This document shows positions 56,590 to 64,000 of a stretch of 64,000 nucleotides of DNA, piece after piece. Every line of letters starts with the position of its first letter. The stretch's first letter is position 1. The notes under the pieces are model-generated. The model worked only from the letters and a program-made list of their open reading frames with translations. It made no database searches and was not told the origin of the DNA. The DNA comes from Myxococcales bacterium (GTDB lineage Bacteria > Myxococcota_C > UBA6777): contig JACKEL010000004.1 in the NCBI GenBank assembly GCA_020632975.1, forward strand, positions 271,963 to 335,962, in the 5' to 3' direction. The position numbers and the translations under genes were made by a program.

Positions 56590-57690
56590 ATGGGCGACTT
56601 CTCCAAAAGTGTCCAAGAGGTCTCTGCCACACAAAACGCACAAGATACTATGAATACCCCCGTCGAACAAGCGCGACGAGAGCGTGAGGCCGAGGCTTTG
56701 CGCTCACAGGATGTTGGTAAGCTTGTGCAGATCTTGGGTGCGCGGCACTCTCCGCTCGAAGACCTTTACGCTTCTTTGCTACAAAGCCGATGGCGCTGGT
56801 TGTTTGCGCTTGCGGCGGCCCTTTATCTGACGATCAATGCGCTTTTTGCAACAGCCTACTGGCTGATCCCTCAAGGTATCCAAGGGGGAAAAGGTGCATG
56901 GTCAGAGGCTTTCTTTTTTAGTGTTCAGACTTTTTCTACGATAGGTTATGGCGCGCTTTCTCCAAAGGGGTTGCTGGCCAACATGTTGGTGACCTTTGAG
57001 GCTTTGGTGGGGTTGATCAGTGCGGCCTTGGTCACAGGATTGATCTTTGCGAAGTTTGCGCGCCCAACAGCGCGTGTGCTCTTTAGTAAGAGCCTTGTGG
57101 TGCACAAACGCGATGGTCTGCCTTGTCTGCTCTTTCGGGTCGCGAATCGCAGGGGGTCCAACATCGTAGAAGCCAATATCTCGATGACCGTTTTGCTAGA
57201 GGAGCGGACCAAAGAGGGCGATGTGATGAAGCGCTTGTACGACATGAAGTTGCAGCGAAAAGTCTCGCCCGTCTTTTTGTTGAGTTGGGTGGTGATCCAC
57301 CCGATCGATGAGGAGAGTCCGCTTTTTGGGATGAGCCACGAAGAGTTGCTGCGCACAGACGCAAGGTTCTTCATCTCGTTGACAGGGATCGATGCGGTCT
57401 TTGCGCAAACGGTCCATGCCTACCACTTTTATTGGGCAGGAGATGTCTTGTGGCACCACCGCTTTGTGGACGTGATTCATCGCCTTTCAGATGGGCGTAC
57501 ACGCCTGAATCTGCATAAGTTTCATGATGCTGTTCCGCTTCCTGGGGATTTGTGTGTGGCGCACTGTGAACGAGAGAAGACCTACCTTTCGCCCCAAGAA
57601 GCTGCGGCCCAAGAGTCCGATCCTGCGCCACCTTCGGATCCTGATGCATTGAATGTCGATCTTGCAGCTTCTTCAGAGATCGATGCTTGA
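56590..57690 (+). CDS. Inward-rectifier-type potassium channel (KirBac-like)
   Basis: Pore helix plus selectivity filter FFFSVQTFSTIGYG. Two TM helices. C-terminal Kir cytoplasmic beta-rich domain. Start at the internal ATG with a GAGGA RBS. Confidence 0.8.
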   Translation: MGDFSKSVQEVSATQNAQDTMNTPVEQARREREAEALRSQDVGKLVQILGARHSPLEDLYASLLQSRWRWLFALAAALYLTINALFATAYWLIPQGIQGGKGAWSEAFFFSVQTFSTIGYGALSPKGLLANMLVTFEALVGLISAALVTGLIFAKFARPTARVLFSKSLVVHKRDGLPCLLFRVANRRGSNIVEANISMTVLLEERTKEGDVMKRLYDMKLQRKVSPVFLLSWVVIHPIDEESPLFGMSHEELLRTDARFFISLTGIDAVFAQTVHAYHFYWAGDVLWHHRFVDVIHRLSDGRTRLNLHKFHDAVPLPGDLCVAHCEREKTYLSPQEAAAQESDPAPPSDPDALNVDLAASSEIDA

Positions 57691-57882
57691 CGCTTGCACA
57701 GCAGTTTTTGGGCTTGGTGGTTTTCGTTTTTTGCGAATTCTTCTTGCTGCTTGACGCTTTTGGGGCAGCCTGCTAGTTTTTCTTTGTTTGCGGCTATTCA
57801 TCTGGGAAGTGTGTGCATCGTCCGTCCTGTGGCGCACAGGAGAGCGTGAAGATAGGACGCTGTTGGAGAAGGGAGCGGAGAG

Positions 57883-58710
57883 TTGGTCAGGGATTTCTTT
57901 GTGCGTTTTTGGGGGGTGCGAGGCAGCATCCCTTGTCCTGGACCCGAAACACTGCGTTACGGTGGAAACACTTCTTGCGTAGAGGTTCGATTCAACGACC
58001 ATCTGCTCATCTTCGACGCGGGGAGTGGACTCAAGCGTCTGGGTGATATCTTGCCGTTACCCTCGGCACATCCGATCTATTTGTTCTTTTCTCATACGCA
58101 TCTCGATCACATCTATGGCTTGCCTTTTTTTGCGCCTGTGTACCATCCAAGCACACAGATCCAGCTTTGGGCAGGGCATCTCGCCGAAGGACAAGACCTG
58201 AGTTCTGTCGTTCACCGCATCATCGCGCATCCATTTTTCCCCGTGGACCCGGGCGCGATGTCTGCGCAGCTTTCGTTCCATGACTTTCATGCGGGCGACA
58301 CGCTTTCGCTGATCGATGGTTTGAAGATCCGCACCGTTTCGCTCAATCACCCGGGTGGAGCGACAGGATATCGCGTCGAGGCGGGAGGCCGTTCGATCTG
58401 TTACATCACGGATACAGAACATCGACCCGAACAGCTCGACCAAGGCATCCTCGATCTTGTCCAAGGCACCGACATTATGATCTACGACAGCACCTACACT
58501 GACGAAGAGTACAAGCGTTTCGTTGGGTGGGGACACTCGACTTGGCAAGAAGGGGTGCGCCTTGCCAAAGCTGCAAATGTCCGGATGTTGGTGACATTCC
58601 ACCATGATCCTACACATGACGACGACTTTTTGGATCAGATCCAAGCGGAGATGGACATCGAACTGCCTGGCGCACGTGTCGCGCGAGAAGGTATGGTGTT
58701 GCGCCTCTAA
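57883..58710 (+). CDS. MBL-fold metallo-hydrolase (PhnP / class-II-cNMP-phosphodiesterase-like)
   Basis: HTHLDHIYG (HxHxDH) plus downstream His/Asp ligands. 275 aa. Confidence 0.8.
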   Translation: MVRDFFVRFWGVRGSIPCPGPETLRYGGNTSCVEVRFNDHLLIFDAGSGLKRLGDILPLPSAHPIYLFFSHTHLDHIYGLPFFAPVYHPSTQIQLWAGHLAEGQDLSSVVHRIIAHPFFPVDPGAMSAQLSFHDFHAGDTLSLIDGLKIRTVSLNHPGGATGYRVEAGGRSICYITDTEHRPEQLDQGILDLVQGTDIMIYDSTYTDEEYKRFVGWGHSTWQEGVRLAKAANVRMLVTFHHDPTHDDDFLDQIQAEMDIELPGARVAREGMVLRL

Positions 58711-58850
58711 GGATTCGGTCGTTTGGGAGGGACAGCCTCTTCAGTTGTTCCTCGTTTGTGGATAGAAAGACTTGGATTGGGCGCGAGAGCCCTTTTTATC
58801 GACTCGTCGCGAGGGAGCGATCCCTTTTGGCTACGCGAAGGAATGCCCGA

Positions 58851-60236
58851 ATGAAGAAAGACGTTGAGATTCTTCTCAAGATACCCGCCTTTAGTTCTTT
58901 GTCAGAAGAGGAAGCGAATCGTCTCGTTGAAAAAGCAAATCGTCGTGACTTCGCACCTGGTGCCGCCATCTTGCGCAAAGGTGAAGAAGGCGACGCCATG
59001 TACGTCATCATGGAAGGGGCTGTGCTGATCCCGATCCTCGACGGCGATGGGGCGGTTCGTTTCACGGCGCGCCTAGAAGCTGGCAATGTCTTCGGTGAGA
59101 TGGCCTTGTTGACGGGCGAACGGCGCTCGGCGGATGTCATCGTTGTAGGCGACGAAAAGTGCGTTTGTTTGGAGATGAAAAAACAAGAGGTCGATATCCT
59201 CTTGCGTCAACATCCCCCCATCGCTCGCTTTTTGACGGAGATCTTGTCCAAACGCCTCCTTGAATCCGAGAAGATGCGTCAGGTGGGCAAGTACACGCTC
59301 GTCAGTCGCTTGGGGCGCGGAGGGACCGCGATCGTCTTCAATGGTCAGCACCTTACGTTGGATCGCCAAGTCGCGGTCAAGATGCTCGATCACTCCTTGA
59401 GCTACAACATCTCCTTCGTCAAGCGATTCCAAGCGGAAGCGCAACTGATCGCCAATCTCTCTCACGAGAATATCGTCCAAGTGTACGATGCTGAGGAAGC
59501 TTACGGCACGTACTTCATCGTGATGGAAAAGCTCAAAGGGCAAAACCTCGGCGAAAACATCCAAGTCAAGGGCAAGATCTCTTTCGATGATGCGCGTGAT
59601 ATCATCGTACAAACCGCTTCTGCGCTCCAATATGCCCATGAACACAACATCATCCACCGCGATATTAAGCCCGCAAACATCTTTTTGGAAAACAACGGGC
59701 GCGTCAAACTGATGGACTTTGGGATCGCCCAAGCACCGCGCGTTGAAAAAGATGCGGATATCTCGGATGGTTTCATGGGCACGCCTGGCTACGTTGCACC
59801 CGAGCAAATCGCTGGGAAAAGCTTTGACCACCGCGTCGATATCTACGCTTTGGGTGTTGTCGCTTTTATTATGCTGACCGCCAAAAAGCCCTTCCCTGCG
59901 CCCAATTCCACGAAGGTCTTGCAGATGCAATTGCATACACCTTCTTTGGATATCACACGCGTTGTTGAGCACGCCCCCGAAGATCTCGCAGCTTTCGTGC
60001 GACGTGCGACCGCCAATGACCCAGAACAGCGCTTCCCTGACTGTTCCTCTGTCTTGCAACACTTCGCGCACCATCGCTCTGTGCGTGGCCTTTCTGAGAT
60101 GAATGTCCAAACCCTTACGCTACTCTATACCCCCGAAGAGTCCGAGGTTGTGCAGCGCATCATCGAAGAAACCCGCCAAAAACTCACCGCAAAGACCCAT
60201 GCCCGCGTCTTTGTTGGACATGACAGCCATAAATAA
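58851..60236 (+). CDS. cNMP-binding domain fused to a Ser/Thr protein kinase
   Basis: CNB motif GEEGDAMYVIMEGAV...FGEMALLTGERRSADV. Kinase motifs VAVKML, HRDIKPANIFL, DFGIAQA and YVAPEQ. Confidence 0.85.
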   Translation: MKKDVEILLKIPAFSSLSEEEANRLVEKANRRDFAPGAAILRKGEEGDAMYVIMEGAVLIPILDGDGAVRFTARLEAGNVFGEMALLTGERRSADVIVVGDEKCVCLEMKKQEVDILLRQHPPIARFLTEILSKRLLESEKMRQVGKYTLVSRLGRGGTAIVFNGQHLTLDRQVAVKMLDHSLSYNISFVKRFQAEAQLIANLSHENIVQVYDAEEAYGTYFIVMEKLKGQNLGENIQVKGKISFDDARDIIVQTASALQYAHEHNIIHRDIKPANIFLENNGRVKLMDFGIAQAPRVEKDADISDGFMGTPGYVAPEQIAGKSFDHRVDIYALGVVAFIMLTAKKPFPAPNSTKVLQMQLHTPSLDITRVVEHAPEDLAAFVRRATANDPEQRFPDCSSVLQHFAHHRSVRGLSEMNVQTLTLLYTPEESEVVQRIIEETRQKLTAKTHARVFVGHDSHK

Positions 60237-60244
60237 ACCTCCCC

Positions 60245-60427
60245 CAAACCACCTCGAAATTGGTTTGGTGATCGCGACACATTCGTAGAGATGCGTTTGT
60301 TTTGTGGGGGAGAGGACGGACTTCGCCGAAAGGACGGCCTTTTGCAATGGTGGGGGAGGACTTTGCCGAAAGCAAGGGCTTTTTGCAGTGTGTGCGGACT
60401 TTGTCGAGAGGAAGGGCTTTTCTAACG
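60245..60427 (+). repeat. Hairpin (CCAAACC-11nt-GGTTTGG) followed by three decaying ~40-bp tandem repeats, each with a short GC stem plus T-tract (terminator-like)
   Basis: Units tgggggagaggacggacttcgccgaaaggacggccttttgcaatgg, tgggggaggactttgccgaaagcaagggctttttgcagtg and tgtgcggactttgtcgagaggaagggcttttctaacg. Lies in a convergent intergenic region. Confidence 0.4.
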
Positions 60428-60458
60428 CGGAGAGAGCTTGAAGGGGGAGCGGGACAGA

Positions 60459-61076
60459 TCAACCAAACTGGGGTTGGGTTGCTTCCCAAGCGGGGAGGGC
60501 GCTGATGCGCGCAAACCACGCTTGGATGTGGGGGTACTCTTCAAGAGGAAGATTTGTGGCGGATGCGTAAGTGAGATCGACAGCAAGCGAGATATCTGCA
60601 AGCGTCAAAGCATCTCCTACGAGATAATCGTGTTGGCTGAGGTATTTTTCCATGATGCTCGCTGCACGGCGAAAACGCGCTTCTGCCTCTTCGATCTTGC
60701 TGGCATCGGGTTCTTTGCCGCGCATGGGCTTCAACATGCGCTCTACCATCAAAGAGTACGTCGCGAGCCCAAACTGTGCGGTCTGCCAAAACTGCCAACG
60801 CGTGATCTCTGCTCGTAGGCGCGTATCTTCGGGCCACAGAGTGTTCGGCGTTTGTGAGGCGAGGTACTGAAGGATCGCGTTGCTTTCGGTCAGCACAAAG
60901 TCACCGTCTTCGAGGGCAGGGACGCCACCAAATGGATTTTTCCCGAGGTATTCGGGACTTCGGCTCTCTCCCTGGAGGAGATTGACTTCGCAAAGTTCGA
61001 CGTCCAAGCCAAGGTGCTTGATCAACATCGCGACCCGACGGGAGTTATGGGAAAAAGAGCTTGTATAGAGTTTCAT
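60459..61076 (-). CDS. Glutathione S-transferase
   Basis: MKLYTSSFSHNSRRV...ESRSPEYLGKNPFGGVPALEDGDFVLTESNAILQYLA thioredoxin-like N-domain plus helical C-domain. Confidence 0.85.
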   Translation of the reverse strand: MKLYTSSFSHNSRRVAMLIKHLGLDVELCEVNLLQGESRSPEYLGKNPFGGVPALEDGDFVLTESNAILQYLASQTPNTLWPEDTRLRAEITRWQFWQTAQFGLATYSLMVERMLKPMRGKEPDASKIEEAEARFRRAASIMEKYLSQHDYLVGDALTLADISLAVDLTYASATNLPLEEYPHIQAWFARISALPAWEATQPQFG

Positions 61077-61129
61077 CGAACGATCTCCTTGAAAGTTGAG
61101 GACTGTGGGGACAGAAAGACACGATGTTC

Positions 61130-61939
61130 TCAAGAACGCCAAGCGTACAAGAATCCGGATTCATCGAGGTGTGGGACTTTGACCAAGTTGTCATTCGCCA
61201 TCACGACTTGAAATCCTTTGTCGTGAAGTGGTTTTACAAGCTCATCCACCTTGCCGTAATCGAGGTGGACTTCCATGGAGATCGCGCGGATACGATCGAG
61301 CCAGTCAGGGGATGCAAACAAAGCAAACTCACTGCCTTCGATATCCATCTTCAAAAAGTCGATGGATGCGATGCCTTCTTGTTCCATCAACTCTTCCATC
61401 ATCAAGAAGGGGACGCCATCATTTTGGTACATCCCGCCCGCGCCAATGAACGCATTGACGAGGCTGTGCGCGCGGAAGCCATTGCAGTTGATGTTGTGTT
61501 GAATCAAGGGGAGGAACTGCTTTTGGGCCTCTACACTGACGATGCGTTGGGCGCGTGTGGTCATGAGCGACGTAAAAGAGCCGCGATTGCATCCTAGATC
61601 CACCGCAACTTTGGCTTGGTTGTAGATGTGTGGAGGCTGGTGGCAAAAGTAACAATCGCGGATATAGAGTTCTCGTGCAGCTCCAAAGGCGTAGGAACCG
61701 TCTTGGATGACATCGTCGCAGTAAGCGCAATCAAAGATGAACGACTTACCTCGATAATGAAACTCTCTTGCCCAAGGCCCCATCCTTTGATCGAGTGGAG
61801 CAAAGTTCCGACTTTTGAGGATCTGCGGGAAGGTCTGGAAAAAAGTGGAAGCATAGCGCGCAAACAAAGCTGGCCCTAACACTTCGAAAGCTTTGGGGTT
61901 CAGCAGGTTATTTTGGATCTTTTGCCATGCTTTTCTCAT
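61130..61939 (-). CDS. FkbM-family methyltransferase
   Basis: DLGCNRGSFT SAM-binding motif and IDFLKMDIEGSEFALF motif characteristic of FkbM. Overlaps the downstream GST ORF by 13 nt. Confidence 0.7.
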   Translation of the reverse strand: MRKAWQKIQNNLLNPKAFEVLGPALFARYASTFFQTFPQILKSRNFAPLDQRMGPWAREFHYRGKSFIFDCAYCDDVIQDGSYAFGAARELYIRDCYFCHQPPHIYNQAKVAVDLGCNRGSFTSLMTTRAQRIVSVEAQKQFLPLIQHNINCNGFRAHSLVNAFIGAGGMYQNDGVPFLMMEELMEQEGIASIDFLKMDIEGSEFALFASPDWLDRIRAISMEVHLDYGKVDELVKPLHDKGFQVVMANDNLVKVPHLDESGFLYAWRS

Positions 61940-62184
61940 TTAGGCTCCTCTTGATTGGTCGGTCACATCGAACATTGTCTTGCATAGGTCTCTTCTCTCT
62001 TCGCTGGAGAGAGGAGTTTTTTGCAGGTTCACAGACAAAAGGAAGTACATTAGGGGCTTTTTTGTATGTCATGCTTGTGTGGGCTTGTGAAGAGTTCCCA
62101 AGTCTTGTTAAAGGATGAGCACCTTGATATTCCTTTGTTTGTGCTGAGAAGCAGATCTCTTAGCGCGGACCTGCAAAGAAAAGG

Positions 62185-62838
62185 ATGTGCGTTTTGAAAG
62201 ATAAGATCGCGATGCTACGAGAAGAATACTCTCGCGAACAACTCGACGAAGCCTCTGTGTTGCCCGATCCTCTGCGTCAGTTTGACAATTGGTTTCAAGA
62301 AGCCCTAGAAGCCCAAGTCCCCGAACCCAACGCGATGGTGTTGGCCACAGCGGATGCCCAAGGGCGGCCTTCTGCACGGGTGGTCTTGTTGAAAGGCTTC
62401 GATGATGAGGGCTTTGTGTTCTTTTCCAATTACAACAGCCACAAAGGGCAGCAGTTGGCTGAAAATCCACATGCTTCGTTGGTGTTTTGGTGGCAGCCCC
62501 TTGAGCGACAAGTGCGGATAGAAGGGTCTATCGAAAAGGTCTCTGCTTTGGAGTCAGACACTTATTTTCGTTCGCGTCCCAAGGCCAGCCGTATTGGGGC
62601 TTGGGCCTCTCCACAAAGTGCAACGCTTGGTGCCCGTCAAGAACTCGAAGACGCAGAACGCGATATCGCCAAGATGTACGCAGAAACAGAAGATATCCCC
62701 CGTCCGTCGCACTGGGGAGGATATCGCCTTTATCCCGAGATGATCGAGTTTTGGCAAGGTCGCCCCAGTCGCCTCCACGATCGTGTTTCGTACGAACGAG
62801 ACGGCGAGGGATGGAAGATCTCACGTCTTGCCCCTTGA
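62185..62838 (+). CDS. pdxH: Pyridoxamine 5'-phosphate oxidase PdxH
   Basis: Collinear with E. coli PdxH: [56 protein letters not shown] and WKISRLAP. Confidence 0.88.
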   Translation: MCVLKDKIAMLREEYSREQLDEASVLPDPLRQFDNWFQEALEAQVPEPNAMVLATADAQGRPSARVVLLKGFDDEGFVFFSNYNSHKGQQLAENPHASLVFWWQPLERQVRIEGSIEKVSALESDTYFRSRPKASRIGAWASPQSATLGARQELEDAERDIAKMYAETEDIPRPSHWGGYRLYPEMIEFWQGRPSRLHDRVSYERDGEGWKISRLAP

Positions 62839-62886
62839 TATTCGTCTGTCCCCACAGGGCTTTTTCGAGAATAGGAGTCTCTTTCG

Positions 62887-63297
62887 ATGACACAGATCCT
62901 TGCTTTTCGTTTGGTGGTGATCCTGTTGTTTCTTGTGGTCTTTGCGGAAGCTTCGCTCTCTAAGGTACTTGGAGGCGGCGTGCCTGATTGGTTCCGCGAT
63001 CAATTCTCCAAAAGTTGGCTTGCGCGTCTCGCGCCTTTGCCGATGTTGTGGTGGACGATCGCTTTGGTGGAACTGGGCGTGGCTGTGTTGTTTGTGTTGG
63101 CTGGCTTGAGTGTGTTGATCCCCGCTCTTGGGGCGATTCAAGTCTGGATGGGATGGGGATTCATTGGGGCGGTCTTGCTCTTTTCGATCCTTTGTTTCGG
63201 TCAGCGCGTCACATTCGACTTTGCGGGCGCGGCCAACTCCTTCTTTTATGCCAGTCTGAGCGCGATCCTCTGGTTTATCTTCCACGCCCTCAAATAA
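62887..63297 (+). CDS. Small 4-TM membrane protein (DoxX-like)
   Basis: 136 aa with four hydrophobic helices. The antisense ORF is Arg/Lys-rich and spurious. Confidence 0.5.
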   Translation: MTQILAFRLVVILLFLVVFAEASLSKVLGGGVPDWFRDQFSKSWLARLAPLPMLWWTIALVELGVAVLFVLAGLSVLIPALGAIQVWMGWGFIGAVLLFSILCFGQRVTFDFAGAANSFFYASLSAILWFIFHALK

Positions 63298-63571
63298 AGT
63301 CAGCCCTTCTTCGGTCCTTGTCTTTTTTTTGCGTCACTTGGAGCAACTTGTGTCGCTTCGTTTGGGCGGGCGGGATCTGTGTTTTGTTACCCTAGCTTGC
63401 GGCTTCTTCGCAGACCGCGTCTTCGGTACAAAATTCGCAAACGCCCGCGCGCCGTGTTATCACGAACCTTGGTTGTTCGCTAAGTCCGTAATATCTCAAT
63501 ATAAAGTGTCTTTTTTGTGCAACTGTGTTGCATAATAGATACAGATGGTCTTCATCTGGGAGCGCGAATCC

Positions 63572-64000
63572 ATGCAGCTTTTTTCTTTTCCCCTGGCCCT
63601 CTCGCGGTTCTGTCGGCGTTATGCTTGGCCGACATTGTTACTCGCGTTGCTTTTTTCGGGGGTTTCGTTGTGGTGGTCCCTCAAGTTGGAACTCAAGAAT
63701 GACTTCTTGACGTTGCTTCCAAAGGATCTGCCTTCTTCCAAGACGCTGACTCGCGTGATCGAGGCCAGTGATGGTCTTGGTTACCAAGCTGTGATCGCGA
63801 CTTCGCCTGATGCCAAGAAGAATGAAGCGTTCCTGCTTGCTCTACGAGACCGTTTGACGGGCATGTTCTCGCAGGTCCCCAACGAGATCGAGTTCGCTTT
63901 AGACGATCAGTACGAGCGTATGCATACGATGCTACGCGATATCTTCCACTATGCCCGTTTTCCCAATGATTACATCAAGTCACAGTTGACACAGTGGATA
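63572..64000 (+). CDS. RND-superfamily/MMPL-type exporter, N-terminal fragment (3' end outside the window)
   Basis: N-terminal TM TLLLALLFSGVSLWWSLKL, then periplasmic domain ...LTLLPKDLPSS...GYQAVIATSPDAKKNEAFL. This is typical of HpnN/MMPL-like transporters. The frame is open to the window end. Confidence 0.45.
   Translation, partial: MQLFSFPLALSRFCRRYAWPTLLLALLFSGVSLWWSLKLELKNDFLTLLPKDLPSSKTLTRVIEASDGLGYQAVIATSPDAKKNEAFLLALRDRLTGMFSQVPNEIEFALDDQYERMHTMLRDIFHYARFPNDYIKSQLTQWI

Noticed and set aside
1-64000. Search for tRNA, rRNA, transposase or integrase genes
   Set aside because: No T-loop/GGTTCGAATCC-like motifs in intergenic gaps, no rRNA-like conserved stretches, and no DDE or tyrosine-recombinase motifs in any ORF were seen. 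None could be supported.

Overview
This 64 kb window is densely coding chromosomal DNA. It is about 55% GC by eye, with no rRNA, tRNA, CRISPR array, transposase or integrase that I could recognise. It most likely comes from a Myxococcota-like (delta-proteobacterial) genome. Two things point that way. One large secreted protein carries seven MopE-type CDGxDNDCxGxxDE repeats and a C-terminal MYXO-CTERM sorting signal. The window also holds four eukaryote-like Ser/Thr kinases, a PPP-family phosphatase and several cNMP-binding proteins. Housekeeping genes are clear: yebC, dsbD, pdxJ, pdxH, secA, trmK, xth and tonB-exbD-exbB. So are a cytochrome P450, a Baeyer-Villiger-type flavin monooxygenase, an FAD amine oxidase, an M19 dipeptidase, a GST and an SPFH protein. 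The accessory content is unusual. The best candidate for an undescribed system is a 1148-aa STAND-type P-loop NTPase (23831-27277). It has an unassigned ~300-aa N-terminal domain and a C-terminal TPR array. A 195-aa partner ORF follows it 12 nt downstream. Just upstream lies a conspicuously AT-rich 180-bp region with repeated CAAATGT motifs. The architecture resembles an Avs-like defence or signalling module. Other notable items are listed here. A 1171-aa DUF924 / FSH1-hydrolase / RNI-like-LRR fusion protein. Tandem paralogous Cys-rich lipoproteins sharing a C-x-KNTDGRT-x-C motif. A ~600-bp non-coding purine-rich multi-repeat tract (30850-31447). A KirBac-type K+ channel, MBL-fold hydrolase and cNMP-binding Ser/Thr kinase cluster. 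Two adjacent tail-anchored Ser/Thr kinases. A PEMT/ICMT-like methyltransferase fused to an unknown domain. All calls rest on motif recognition by eye; no database searches were run.
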